From NCBI GenBank assembly GCA_963836755.1, contig CAWIKF010000001.1, forward strand, positions 32,001 to 96,000: a stretch of 64,000 nucleotides of DNA, given 5' to 3'. The notes under the pieces were generated by a model that worked only from the letters and a program-made list of their open reading frames with translations, searched no databases and was not told where the DNA came from. Position 1 is the first letter of the stretch, and every line of letters begins with the position of its first letter. Positions 47,934-58,477 of this stretch are shown piece by piece. This DNA comes from an uncultured Verrucomicrobiae bacterium. GTDB taxonomy: Bacteria; Verrucomicrobiota; Verrucomicrobiia; Chthoniobacterales; Chthoniobacteraceae. Made by a program: the position numbers and the translations under genes.

Positions 47934-49928
47934 TTATTCGATGGCGATTTTCCGCTCGCGCAAAAGTTTCGTCACGCGCGCCAGCAGCTCGGTCTCATCG
48001 AGAGTCGCATCTTTTTCCGCTGTGATCAGCGCCTTGTCCAGGTGCGCATCTTTCAGCGCGACGAGTGCATCGAGCGCCGCGCCGCGAGCGGATTGATTCG
48101 CGGCGTTGTCTTCCAAAAGCGCTGCCAACTGCGCGCGCACGGCTTCTCCCGGATCGAGTTTTCCCGCGGCGCGCGCGCCAGCGATGACGACGAAATCGCT
48201 GCGCGATGCGAGCGCATCGGCGAGCAGCGGCACAGTTTTTTTCTCATGCAAATCTCCGAGCGCGATCAACGCCGCGGGCGCGAGCGGATTTTTAAAATCA
48301 GACGCCATCTGCAAAAACTTTGACGCAAACTCTTGCGCGCCTACCGCACCGAGCACGCGGATCGCCGCCGTGTCCCATTCCACATCATTGCTCGTCTCAA
48401 AAATCTTTTTGCACTCGCCGACCGTGCGCGGATCGCGGATCGCCGCGAGCGCTTTTACCGCCGCCTCCAGCAACTGCGGCTCGGACATGTGCTCGATCGC
48501 GTAAGCATAACCGTCGGCCAATCCGTTGCGGCCGAGGCATTCCGCGATAGCGAGCTTGCGCGAGAGCTCGCGCTCATCCGCGAGGTGCGGGCGCAATGCG
48601 CGCGCGGCGTCCGCCGTGCCGAGGTGGAGCAGAGCATCGACCGCGTAGACCCGCGTCTCGCCGAGGTCGGCATCAAGCCAGTTCGCGAGCGGCGCGACCA
48701 GCCGGTCATCGGGAGTCGTCTTGGAAATTATTGAGCAGACGCGCGCGAAAGTTTCCTTCTCCTCGCCATTCAAATTGAGCGCGGAAATCTTCAGCAAAAT
48801 CGGAATCGCCGAGTGCGGCTCGATTTTTTCCAGCGCGGAAATTTCATCGGTGATGGAAAGTCCTGCTGCGATTTTCTCGTGTGCGCGCGAGAGGATTTCT
48901 TCCGACGCAGAGGCCGCGTCCAATTGGCCCAGCGAGGTTTCGGCGACGCGCGCGAGATCGCCATCCGCATCGAGCGGCCATTGCTGCAAAAAAGTCTGCA
49001 TCGGCTGCGCCATCGCCTTGAGTTGCAATTTGCCGATGGCGGCAATTTTCGCGCGCTCGACTTCTCGCGATTCGCCGGCAAGGCCGATGGATAAAGCATC
49101 CGCGCCGATTTCCTGATGATCGAGCGCGCCCACGGCATCGATCATCGCGGCCCGCGCGGCCAGATTTGCGCCCGGATTTTTCAACGCGGCGAGCAGCGCG
49201 TCGGCGGAACTTTTTTGCAGACTTGTTGAATGCAGATAATCGTTCTCCAAAGTCGCCTGCAACGCACTCGCTGCGGCGATGCGAACGGACGGCGATTCCG
49301 CGTTGAGAAATTTCGCGAGCGCTTTTCCGGCGTCCGGATTTTGCGCGGCGAGGAATGCCCGGCGTCGCAACGCTTCCAGCAGCGGAACTGCCGGCGCGCC
49401 CTCGGTATTGTCGAGCCGCGACAGCAGCAGCGCGACGCGTTTTGTGCGATCCGGCTCAGCCGCGAGGGCGATCAGCGCCGTCACGCTTTGAAGCAGCGGA
49501 TCGTGCTCATCGGCGAGCGGCGGCATCGAGAGATCCATTTGCGAGACAAAGTTGTTGCTGTTCGCGTAGCCGACTTCCGAGCGGCGGAAAAATAGGAGCC
49601 GCATCTGCCCGGCCTTGAGCGTTCGCATTTCTGCGCCGAAGCGGTAACCGCCGAGATCGCCGCTCGTGAGCGAAAGATTGTCGCGCGCGAAAACGCCTTT
49701 CAAAACGCGCACCGGCTTGAAGGTAAATTGCTCCATCGCGCTTTCGCCTTTGCCGCCAAAGACGAGATGGATTTCCTCCACTTTTTCCACGCGCGCCGCG
49801 ACGATCAGTTCCGCATCGCGCGTCGCAGCTTCGAGATTGAGGCCGCGGAACCATTCGTTGCGCGAGTCTGCGGCAAAAGCGCGGCTCGCAATCAAAAGGT
49901 AAATCAACAATCCGCGGAGTGATTTCAT
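47934..49928 (-). CDS. Secreted HEAT-repeat protein
   Basis: Signal peptide; N-terminal beta domain followed by repeated helical units (VRIAAASAL, ARAAMIDAV, ARGAALDAL). Confidence 0.7.
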   Translation of the reverse strand: MKSLRGLLIYLLIASRAFAADSRNEWFRGLNLEAATRDAELIVAARVEKVEEIHLVFGGKGESAMEQFTFKPVRVLKGVFARDNLSLTSGDLGGYRFGAEMRTLKAGQMRLLFFRRSEVGYANSNNFVSQMDLSMPPLADEHDPLLQSVTALIALAAEPDRTKRVALLLSRLDNTEGAPAVPLLEALRRRAFLAAQNPDAGKALAKFLNAESPSVRIAAASALQATLENDYLHSTSLQKSSADALLAALKNPGANLAARAAMIDAVGALDHQEIGADALSIGLAGESREVERAKIAAIGKLQLKAMAQPMQTFLQQWPLDADGDLARVAETSLGQLDAASASEEILSRAHEKIAAGLSITDEISALEKIEPHSAIPILLKISALNLNGEEKETFARVCSIISKTTPDDRLVAPLANWLDADLGETRVYAVDALLHLGTADAARALRPHLADERELSRKLAIAECLGRNGLADGYAYAIEHMSEPQLLEAAVKALAAIRDPRTVGECKKIFETSNDVEWDTAAIRVLGAVGAQEFASKFLQMASDFKNPLAPAALIALGDLHEKKTVPLLADALASRSDFVVIAGARAAGKLDPGEAVRAQLAALLEDNAANQSARGAALDALVALKDAHLDKALITAEKDATLDETELLARVTKLLRERKIAIE

Positions 49929-49966
49929 TTGGCGCGCGAGAATAACGGACTTTTAAAAATCTGCGA

Positions 49967-50740
49967 TCACAGAATCGCGAGCAGCGATTGCACTGCGGCA
50001 TGCACATCCTCCGCGCGCATCAGCGTCTCGCCGACGAGGATCGCGTCGGCGCCAGCCGCATGGACGCGGCGCGCATCGGCGCTCGTTTTGACGCCGCTCT
50101 CGCTCACCAGCACGATGTCGTCTGGGACCTGCTCCGCGATTTCCTCCGTCGTCTGCAGATCGACTTCGAAGCTCGCGAGATTGCGGTTATTGATGCCGAT
50201 CAATTCCGCGCCGCAATCGAGCGCGCGGTCGAGCTCGGCGAGCGTGTGGACCTCGACGAGCACGTCGAGCTGCAGGTCGCGGGCCGTCTCGTGAAGATTG
50301 ACGAGTTCCGGCTGCTCGAGCGCGGCGACGATGAGCAAAATCGCGTCGGCCCCTGCGCAAACGGCCTCAAAAATTTGCGCTTCGTGCAGGATGAAATCCT
50401 TTCGCAAAACCGGCAGCGTGATCGCGTCGCGCACTTGCGTCAAAAACCGGAGATGACCTTGGAAAAAACGTTCATCGGTCAGGACGGAAATCGCGTGGGC
50501 GCCGGCGGACTCGTAGCTTTTCGCGATCAGCACCGGATCGAATTCCTCGACGATCGCGCCAGCGGAAGGAGAAGCTTTTTTGACCTCGGCGATCAGTCCG
50601 AGCCCAGCGTGCCGCATCGCCGATGTAAAGCCGCGAAAGTCATTCCGCTGCAACGCTGCCGCGCGCAGATGGGCGGCGCGCGGAACGAGCCGGGCGATCT
50701 CTATGCGCTTGTGATCGAGAATTTCGCGAAGGCGATCCAT
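49967..50740 (-). CDS. trpC: Indole-3-glycerol-phosphate synthase
   Basis: IAEVKKASPS, LRKDFI, LVEVH, IGINNRNL, VSESG. Confidence 0.97.
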   Translation of the reverse strand: MDRLREILDHKRIEIARLVPRAAHLRAAALQRNDFRGFTSAMRHAGLGLIAEVKKASPSAGAIVEEFDPVLIAKSYESAGAHAISVLTDERFFQGHLRFLTQVRDAITLPVLRKDFILHEAQIFEAVCAGADAILLIVAALEQPELVNLHETARDLQLDVLVEVHTLAELDRALDCGAELIGINNRNLASFEVDLQTTEEIAEQVPDDIVLVSESGVKTSADARRVHAAGADAILVGETLMRAEDVHAAVQSLLAIL

Positions 50741-50819
50741 CGCGCGGCTTTATACCAGCGGATTCGCTACGTCAAAACGGAAGTGCGGCGACTTTCACGC
50801 TTAAAAATTCTAGAAATTA

Positions 50820-50848
50820 TTGACAAATTCTCAGGGCGCTGTTATCTG
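50820..50848 (+). promoter_or_regulatory. Candidate sigma70 promoter for the exopolysaccharide operon
   Basis: TTGACA at 50820, 17-bp spacer, TG-n-TATCTG at 50840-50848. Confidence 0.5.
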
Positions 50849-50915
50849 CCCGCTGCCAAAACGGCACCGGGAACTTTTTTGTTTAGGGAACATTTTAGTC
50901 AAAGGGAAATAGTCC

Positions 50916-52376
50916 ATGCGCCATTTCAACTTTTCGCCAAATCCAGAGCAGCCTGAGCGCATCGTTGGCTCGGCTCTTCGTCGAACGATGCGGAGAGGTT
51001 GGATCGGCTGGCGTGGCACCGTGGGCAAGGCTTTCTGCTTGCTGGCTTTTCTCATTGCCTGCGCCGGTAAGGCGGCTGACCTCGTAAGTGGGACCGACTC
51101 GATAAATCTCGAGACGATGGACGGGCAAGGCCGCCAGTCCGCCGAGCCAGCCGTGCCGGCAGTCGCACCGCAGCCCGTCGTGGAAACTAATCCGATTCCG
51201 ATGCCTGCGGCTAAACCATCGGTGGAAATGGATGGCTTGAGGCAATTCATCAGCCGCATGCAGGTCGTGCCGATGGCGCAGGCGCGGGTCGTTTACGACG
51301 ACAACATTTTTCTGAGGAATAAAAAGACCGGCGATGTCTATTACGCCCTTGCGGCTGGACTTGCCGTCGGGGCAGGGGATTTCCGTGAGCAGGTCGATCC
51401 CATTGGTGGGTTTCAACAAGCTTACGAGCAACTGCGATCGCGCGCGTTTGACGATCGGAACTATTTCTTCGTCGGCTACAAGCCCAGCGTCACGATTTTC
51501 ACCCAACACGGCGAACAAAACACTTTTGATCACGATGCGTCGATCGGCGCGCAGTGGCGTTTCGGCAGCTTGATCATGGGAGCCCGCGCTGGCGTGCGGA
51601 CTTTTTCCGATGGAGACGCTGAGGTTGGCGACCGTGTCCGCACCAGGATTATCTCGGAAGGCATAACCTTGCGCTACGAGGTAAGTGACAGGACTACTGT
51701 CGAAAGCGATTTCTACCATATCGACAATCACTACGATGCCTCTGCGCGCGTGAATTCGACGGAATGGGTGAATGAAGATTTCCTGAACTACCAGTTATAT
51801 CCCAAGTCCAATGTGGGACTCGGAACTACACTGGGCTACCTTCAGGTGAGCGAAGGTGCGGACCAGACTTATGAACAAATCCTGGGCCGATTGACCTATG
51901 ACACGACGCATAAACTGAAGTTCACTACGCAGGGCGGCGTCGAGTTTCGTCAAATCGATTCAGATCAGGCCAATGATTCAGTTAACCCCGTCTTTAACAT
52001 CGAGGCCGACTATCTTCCTTTCGATGGAACTGCATTGATTCTTTCCGGCCACCGGACGGTTCGAAATTCTATCCGCTACCTTGGCGAAAATGTAATCGGC
52101 ACCGGCGTCGGCGCCGCCGTAACTCAGCGGCTTTTTCACAAGGTAAGCCTCACGGTAACAGCTGGATATGAGCACGATGAATACGACGCCGTCGATGGCA
52201 CAGCGGACGCCCACCGCTCCGACGACATCTTTTCCATCCAGGCTGGAGTGGCTTTTCATGTCACGAAAAGGGTCCAGATCGCTCCTACCTATACTTATCG
52301 GAAAGATTCGTCTTCTCTACAACAATTCACCTTCAGCGACAATCTAGTAAGTCTGCAAATGGACGTTCTTTTTTAG
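50916..52376 (+). CDS. Outer-membrane beta-barrel protein associated with polysaccharide export
   Basis: YDDNIF start motif, alternating amphipathic strands, C-terminal Phe; first gene of the EPS locus. Start codon uncertain. Confidence 0.8.
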   Translation: MRHFNFSPNPEQPERIVGSALRRTMRRGWIGWRGTVGKAFCLLAFLIACAGKAADLVSGTDSINLETMDGQGRQSAEPAVPAVAPQPVVETNPIPMPAAKPSVEMDGLRQFISRMQVVPMAQARVVYDDNIFLRNKKTGDVYYALAAGLAVGAGDFREQVDPIGGFQQAYEQLRSRAFDDRNYFFVGYKPSVTIFTQHGEQNTFDHDASIGAQWRFGSLIMGARAGVRTFSDGDAEVGDRVRTRIISEGITLRYEVSDRTTVESDFYHIDNHYDASARVNSTEWVNEDFLNYQLYPKSNVGLGTTLGYLQVSEGADQTYEQILGRLTYDTTHKLKFTTQGGVEFRQIDSDQANDSVNPVFNIEADYLPFDGTALILSGHRTVRNSIRYLGENVIGTGVGAAVTQRLFHKVSLTVTAGYEHDEYDAVDGTADAHRSDDIFSIQAGVAFHVTKRVQIAPTYTYRKDSSSLQQFTFSDNLVSLQMDVLF

Positions 52377-52384
52377 CCAAACCT

Positions 52385-53137
52385 ATGCGCATTTGTTCCA
52401 AGCTTTCCTACTTCTTGCTAATCGCGGTCATGCCGCTATCCGTTGCTCATGCCCAAAGGAGTTTTGATCTCGACGGCGTCGCACCCCGCGCGACTTTTTC
52501 AACTTCTACTGCCGCTCAAAAACCAGCAAACCCGCCTGCACGGACGGAGGTCCGCGCTGCCATTCCCGTTGCTTCCGCAGGTTCGGTTGCCGTTACTCCA
52601 TCGACTGCGCAAATACTTCAACCTCCCGCAGTCACCCCGGAGGATTACGTTTTGTCGCCGGGTGATATCGTGGAAGTGAAGGTGTTTCAAGAGAACGATT
52701 TGGACACCGTTGCACGCATCTCACAAGATGGTGTGATTGTCTTCCCGTTGATAGGCCGCGTTAGCATCGGAGGACAAACTCCTCAGAACGCCGCTGGTTT
52801 GATTCAAAGTCTTCTAGGCAAAGACTATCTTGTGAATCCGCATGTGAATATCAACGTCACGGAATATACAAAGCGCCGCATCACCATCCTTGGTGAAGTG
52901 CAGAAGCCAGGTTCTTACGATCTCCCGGATCGGGTTACCATTCCTCTTCTGGAAGCGATTGGAATGGCTGGCGGCTACACCCGCGTCGCGGACCCTTCGA
53001 AAATTACGGTGAAGCGGCTAGTCAACAACCGAACTAGTGTCATGAGAGTCAACGGGAAAAAAATGGCGGGAAGCTCAACGGCTTCGTTCGAAGTCCTGCC
53101 TGGCGATATCATTAACGTGGGAGAAAGCTTGTTCTAA
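52385..53137 (+). CDS. Polysaccharide export protein (OPX/Wza-like, Poly_export + SLBB)
   Basis: YVLSPGD, DGVIVFPLIG, LGEVQKPGSY, AIGMAGG, PGDIINV. Confidence 0.9.
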   Translation: MRICSKLSYFLLIAVMPLSVAHAQRSFDLDGVAPRATFSTSTAAQKPANPPARTEVRAAIPVASAGSVAVTPSTAQILQPPAVTPEDYVLSPGDIVEVKVFQENDLDTVARISQDGVIVFPLIGRVSIGGQTPQNAAGLIQSLLGKDYLVNPHVNINVTEYTKRRITILGEVQKPGSYDLPDRVTIPLLEAIGMAGGYTRVADPSKITVKRLVNNRTSVMRVNGKKMAGSSTASFEVLPGDIINVGESLF

Positions 53138-53140
53138 GTC

Positions 53141-55294
53141 ATGAATCAAAGACCTCAAACTATTAACGGCCGTCCTGAACAATCGGACTTTGATTTCCTG
53201 AAGCTTTACCATTCCTTGATGGAAAGGAAGTGGATCTTGCTCGCTTGCATATGCCTTACGGTGATGTTGGGAGTGATCTATATCATCAAAACTCCGAAGA
53301 CCTATGCCGCGACGACAGTCGTGCAGGTCGAGCAATCTGAAAGTAAGTTCGTCAACATCCAAGACATTACGACTCAGGATCTGAAGCAAACCGAGATTCT
53401 AAAGACCATCGAGACCAACCTGGTTGGCTCGGCGGTATTACTGAGCGTTATTGAAGATCTAAAGCTTTCGGATGAGCAGCTTCGCCTTCCTCCGCGTCCT
53501 CTGCCTTATACAAATAACGAGCGCGTTGACGCCTTCAGCCGAACTGTTTCGGCAAAGCTCATCCGCGGCACGCGCTTGATTAGTATCGTCGCCGAAAATC
53601 AAAGTCCCGCGTGGGCGCAGCAGATTTCCGACGACATCGTGCGGCAATACATTCGCGGCAACACTGCACAGCGCATCGGTATCTCCGGCGAAGCAAATCG
53701 TTTTCTTCTCGAAGAAGCCGACCGGCTCAAGCACCAGTTGGAAGCTGCCGAGGCGCAGGAGCAGGAGTTCAAAGATCAACATCCAAATGTAGCTCTTGGC
53801 GACAGTCAGAATTTCATCGACCAGAAACTTCTCGCTCTAACAGGGAAGCTCAACGAAGCGCGCGAAAATCGCTTCAAGATAGAATCCGATTACGCCCAGG
53901 TCCGGAGCTTGCTTGCTGGACCTTTGGATGAGTCGAAAGCGAACCAGTTGCTTGCGCTTTCCAGCGTCAATACCGATCCCGCTGTTCTGCAACTTCAAAA
54001 GAGCGTCAACGACGAAGAGGCCAACATGCAGAACCTCGCTCAACGCTATAAGCCCAAGCATCCCAAATACATCCAGGAGCAAGCCCAGCTTAATGAGTTA
54101 AAAGTCGCCTTGTCGCGCACCATTGTAAAAGCAGCGGAAGGTCTTGGGACAGCTTTGGAAACGGCGAAGCAGACGGAGTCAAAGTTTGAGTCGGTCTTAA
54201 AGGATCTCGAGCAGATGAAACTAGAGAACGACAAGCTCGCCCTTCCCTTCAATGCATTGATGCGCGAGGTCAATGCCAATCGGGACCTCTATGAAGGAGT
54301 GAGGCTCCGGTTGAAGGAAACCGAGGTGACGCGTGATGTTGAAACCAACGACATCCGGATTGTGACTCCGGCTTTGCTGCCGAACAAACCAGTGAAGCCA
54401 AAGGTTGGGCTCGTCATCGTCGCCTCCATTTTCGGGGGAGTATTACTTGGAGTTTGCGCATGCTTCGCACTTTCCGCCGCCGATAACTCTTACAAGACGG
54501 TGGATGAAGCAGAACTTTCACTTGGCCTTCCCGCGCTGGCATCGGTGCCACTAGGTGAGAATGCACCGAGCGACAAGTCTCTATTGATTTTACGCGAACC
54601 TCAGGGAGCAGTCGCGGAAGCGTTTCGCACGCTACGCACGTCACTATCTTTGCTAGGCAAGGAATCGGAGCGAAGCACATTTCTCTTTACGAGCGCAGTG
54701 CCGGGCGAGGGCAAAAGTTTTTGCTCCGTTAATTACGCCGTCTCGTTGGCGCAGCTAGGTCTTCGCACACTTTTGATCGACGGCGATCTGCGTCTTCCCA
54801 CCGTCGGCAAAATTCTTTTCGAAAAGGAGTCGCGCGATGGCGTTTCTGCCGTTTTGACTGGAAAGGCGAGGCTCGAGCAGGCTGTGATGACGGTTCCTGG
54901 GATTGAAAATCTCCATGTGCTTACCGCCGGCGAGCGCACGCCAAATCCCGCTGAGTTACTTGCCGGCTCGGCCTTTCAAGAGATGGTTCGCGACGCCGCG
55001 ACGAAATATGATCGTGTTGTCATTGATAGCGCACCCGTGCATGCGGTGAGCGACACACTCCTATTGAGCAAACACGTCCAGTCGGTTTGTCTCGTGATCT
55101 ACGCCGGTAAAACTCCCGCGCGCGCTGTGCAGCGCGCCTGCCACATCCTTGAAAGCGCTGGCTCAAAACCGGTCGGGATAATACTGAATCGAATGTCATC
55201 GCGCGGGCATGGCTACTATTACTACTACTCGTCTGGAGAATACGGCAAAGGTGTCTATGGAGCGCCGAAGCAACGCGAGCCGGTTAATAGTTAA
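53141..55294 (+). CDS. wzc: Polysaccharide co-polymerase / BY-kinase (Wzc-like)
   Basis: Two transmembrane segments around a coiled coil; AEAFRTLRT, GEGKS, IDGDLR, IDSAP, C-terminal Tyr cluster. Confidence 0.92.
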   Translation: MNQRPQTINGRPEQSDFDFLKLYHSLMERKWILLACICLTVMLGVIYIIKTPKTYAATTVVQVEQSESKFVNIQDITTQDLKQTEILKTIETNLVGSAVLLSVIEDLKLSDEQLRLPPRPLPYTNNERVDAFSRTVSAKLIRGTRLISIVAENQSPAWAQQISDDIVRQYIRGNTAQRIGISGEANRFLLEEADRLKHQLEAAEAQEQEFKDQHPNVALGDSQNFIDQKLLALTGKLNEARENRFKIESDYAQVRSLLAGPLDESKANQLLALSSVNTDPAVLQLQKSVNDEEANMQNLAQRYKPKHPKYIQEQAQLNELKVALSRTIVKAAEGLGTALETAKQTESKFESVLKDLEQMKLENDKLALPFNALMREVNANRDLYEGVRLRLKETEVTRDVETNDIRIVTPALLPNKPVKPKVGLVIVASIFGGVLLGVCACFALSAADNSYKTVDEAELSLGLPALASVPLGENAPSDKSLLILREPQGAVAEAFRTLRTSLSLLGKESERSTFLFTSAVPGEGKSFCSVNYAVSLAQLGLRTLLIDGDLRLPTVGKILFEKESRDGVSAVLTGKARLEQAVMTVPGIENLHVLTAGERTPNPAELLAGSAFQEMVRDAATKYDRVVIDSAPVHAVSDTLLLSKHVQSVCLVIYAGKTPARAVQRACHILESAGSKPVGIILNRMSSRGHGYYYYYSSGEYGKGVYGAPKQREPVNS

Positions 55295-55329
55295 AGCTAT
55301 AGGTCCACGTTTGGTCTGAAAAACAGCCT

Positions 55330-56766
55330 ATGTCACTGAAGAGACGGCTCATCGACAATGTTGGTGCGAACTTATACGGCCAGTTCGTGACGATTGTTGC
55401 GCAACTGGTGCAGGTGCCTTTGTTCCTGCACTTTTGGGGAAAGCTCGCGTATGGGCAGTGGCTGGTCTTATCAGCCATACCTACTTACATTGCGCTTGCT
55501 GATGCCGGCTTCGGGACGGTCGCCGGGAATGAAATGGCAATGCGGGTCGCCAATGGTCAGCAGCAAGAAGCAAAAAAAGTGCTTCATACTTTGACGGGAT
55601 TCGTTTTGGGAATTAGCGCCTTCTCGCTGGTTTTCATTGTGTTGGGCGCCTTTCTACTTCCATGGGGCACATGGCTGAGACTTCAAGGAACCCCGGACAG
55701 CCAGGTGCATTGGACTTTGCTATGGTTGGGGATAGCTACTCTGGCGACATTGCATTCTACGATCTATGGAGCTGTCTATCGCGCGGGCTATCGCAACGCG
55801 AGGTTTGTTTTTGTCGCTAATACATCGCGGCTTGTCCTTTTCGTCGCCACGGCTGCCAGTCTGCCTTTCGTTCATTCGATGATGCGACTCGCGTTCATTC
55901 TCGCCAGCTTTAACGTCCTGACCTTGGCGTTGATTTACTTGGATGTCTGGCGCGGGATGCCTGATCTGCGCATGGGTATTCAGGAGTTTGATATGCGGAA
56001 GTTGCGCGAGCTACTCCGTCCATCATTGTCCTTTATGTTGTTTCCAATCGGAAACGCCGTTTATTACCAAGGGTTTACTATAGCGGTAAATTCCTTGCTG
56101 GGCCCAGTAGCTGTGGTCGGATTCAACACTTTGCGCACACTTACTCGCATCATCACTCAAGGAGTGACTGTGATCAAACATTCGGTCTGGCCTGAGCTAT
56201 CCTACCTCATCGGCAGCGGCAGGGTCATGGCGGCGCGGAGGCTGCACCGTATCTCCATGCAAAGCGCGTTTTTGATCGCGCTCGCAGCGGTCGCTTTCAT
56301 TCTTTATTTCGGCAAAGTTATGCTCAGGTTCTGGACACATGGACAGGTAAGCACCGATTACCTGACGCTGTCGCTCTTTCTCGCGGGAGTCTTCGTCAAC
56401 GGACTTTGGTTTACCTCCTCTGGGCTGCTCCAGGCCGTCAACAAACACGAAGGCTTGGCGGTTCGTTACCTTCTTTCCGCATGTTTCGGCATAGCTTTGA
56501 CTGTTTTCGCGAGTAATCGCTTGGGAGTGAAGGGCGCGGCGCTTGGTATGCTCGTCGTGGAATGTTATCTCCTTCCATACACACTGCGCGCCGCGGCAGG
56601 CATTCTCAACACCGACGTATCCACGCTCTTTCGCGAGGTCTGGCGTTTCGATCTTTTGCGGAATGACTTCTTGGTTTGGCTGACAGCGCGAAAGGCCAAG
56701 GCACAGGAAGTGATCTCACTTGAGCAACAGTCGTCTGCCTCCGCTGAAATAGCCTCCCACGTATGA
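55330..56766 (+). CDS. Oligosaccharide flippase (Wzx/MOP family)
   Basis: Multi-transmembrane; VPLFLHFWG...YGQWL...DAGFG; EPS context. Confidence 0.8.
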   Translation: MSLKRRLIDNVGANLYGQFVTIVAQLVQVPLFLHFWGKLAYGQWLVLSAIPTYIALADAGFGTVAGNEMAMRVANGQQQEAKKVLHTLTGFVLGISAFSLVFIVLGAFLLPWGTWLRLQGTPDSQVHWTLLWLGIATLATLHSTIYGAVYRAGYRNARFVFVANTSRLVLFVATAASLPFVHSMMRLAFILASFNVLTLALIYLDVWRGMPDLRMGIQEFDMRKLRELLRPSLSFMLFPIGNAVYYQGFTIAVNSLLGPVAVVGFNTLRTLTRIITQGVTVIKHSVWPELSYLIGSGRVMAARRLHRISMQSAFLIALAAVAFILYFGKVMLRFWTHGQVSTDYLTLSLFLAGVFVNGLWFTSSGLLQAVNKHEGLAVRYLLSACFGIALTVFASNRLGVKGAALGMLVVECYLLPYTLRAAAGILNTDVSTLFREVWRFDLLRNDFLVWLTARKAKAQEVISLEQQSSASAEIASHV

Positions 56767-56800
56767 GCGGCGCGATAATGGTGAACCTCGTAAGACTACC

Positions 56801-57235
56801 ATGAACCTGGTCAGGAAGTTACTTTGCGCCGATGAGTGCCGTAAATCCCATTTTCACGATGAGAAAGGCAACCTTGTCAGCGCACCCAACCTATTACTGA
56901 ACGGTCCAAGAGCTTTCTTGACCTTTGCTTTAAATTCGCTGATCAACTTCCGTTCGGAAGTGCCTCGGGAGAAACTGCTCTTCGGTTTCATCGTGATTGA
57001 CGAGGTGATGCGCTCCCGATGTTTGAAGAACGCGCTTTCCCGGCTGCGTCCTGGAGGATCGGTCTACTTGGACAACTCGGATAAAGACAGCAAGCCCGAA
57101 GGTGGAGACATGCGACTAGCCGAGAAGTTCCTGACCGAAGAAGTGCTTAAGCGCAATAGCTGGTGCAAAGTATTTACGGACTTCGCTGTGGCGCAGCTTA
57201 CTCCGAACCAGGGAATGTTGGCGATGCTTCCCTGA
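56801..57235 (+). pseudogene. Probable internally deleted class I SAM-methyltransferase remnant
   Basis: Keeps the C-terminal half (FIVIDE..RSRC...LRPGGSVYLDNSD) but has no glycine-rich motif I; only 144 aa. Confidence 0.5.
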
Positions 57236-57247
57236 GCTGAAGCGTTT

Positions 57248-58477
57248 ATGAAAGTAGGCGTTTTTCATCCAGGCACGCAGCATTCCTGGCAGACGGCGCT
57301 GGCATTCCAGGAGACTAAGGAGCTAGGTTGGTATGCTACTTCCGTTTTCTACGATCCGAAGCAGTGGCCTTATAAGATCGAGAAGTGGATGCCTGCTCGG
57401 GCTGCGAATCGGATTCATCGTGAATTCAGCCGCCGCCATCATCCGGAGCTTGATCCTTCTTTAGTGAGGCATCTCGGACTCTGGGAATGGCTGGAATCCG
57501 CGGCCTTTCGACTTCGGTTCAACGAGGCTGCGCGTTGGGCGAATCAGCGTGGAAATGCGGCCTTTTGCCAGGACTTAATTCGGCTGATAGGTCGCGAACC
57601 GGTTGACCTACTTTGGGGATATAATACTTCTTCTTTGGAAGTATTCCGCTGGGCGAAAAAGAGAGGCATTCGCTGCGTGCTCGACCAGACGATCGGCCAT
57701 CCCGTCTCAAGAGACAAAGTGATGCTTCAAGAATACTCCAGGCACGGGGAATTCTTTGAGACAGATTACAAGCCGTTCGCACAGGAACTGGTCGATCGAC
57801 AAAACGAGGAGCTCTCGCTGGCGGACTTGGTGCTTGTCGGGTCATCCTATTGCAAGCAGACCTTGATTGAAAATGGCTGCGCAGAAGCGAAGATCAAAGT
57901 AGCGCCATATGGTTATGACGAAACCTTTTTCCCGAAAGTTCCTCCGGCGCGCCAACAGCTAAAGGGGCGAAAGTTGAACATTGTCTTTGTTGGCACCGTT
58001 GAGCCGCGCAAAGGAGTGGCACATATCTTGAAGGCCTGTCGTGAGATCAACTTTGAAAAGGTCAACATTTGCTTTGTCGGCAAACTTCGTATTCAGAGAG
58101 CGACGATGGAAAAGTATGGAAGCCGGATTGAATATATTCCTTCTGTCCCAAGACACGAAGTAGCCGACTACTTTTCACGTGCGGACTGCTTTCTGTTCCC
58201 GACACTCTTCGAAGGTGGTGGAATAGTCCTTTATGAAGGAGCCGCGTGCGCCCTTGGCCTTATTCAATCCACCAAGTGTGCCTCCTGCGTGGAAAACGAT
58301 CTCAACGGAATTGTTCTCTCGGAAGTTTCTCCCGAAGCTGTGGCAGCCGCCGTCAACTTTGCTGGCGACCGCCCCGAAGCTGTGAGTGAATGGCAGAAGC
58401 ATTCATGGGAAATGCGTCCTCGGTTTGGCTGGCGGGAATACCGAAAGAATATCCGCTCTCTCTTCTCCAATGATTGA
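57248..58477 (+). CDS. GT4 glycosyltransferase
   Basis: FVGTVEPRKG, FLFPTLFEGGGIVLYEG. Confidence 0.9.
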   Translation: MKVGVFHPGTQHSWQTALAFQETKELGWYATSVFYDPKQWPYKIEKWMPARAANRIHREFSRRHHPELDPSLVRHLGLWEWLESAAFRLRFNEAARWANQRGNAAFCQDLIRLIGREPVDLLWGYNTSSLEVFRWAKKRGIRCVLDQTIGHPVSRDKVMLQEYSRHGEFFETDYKPFAQELVDRQNEELSLADLVLVGSSYCKQTLIENGCAEAKIKVAPYGYDETFFPKVPPARQQLKGRKLNIVFVGTVEPRKGVAHILKACREINFEKVNICFVGKLRIQRATMEKYGSRIEYIPSVPRHEVADYFSRADCFLFPTLFEGGGIVLYEGAACALGLIQSTKCASCVENDLNGIVLSEVSPEAVAAAVNFAGDRPEAVSEWQKHSWEMRPRFGWREYRKNIRSLFSND

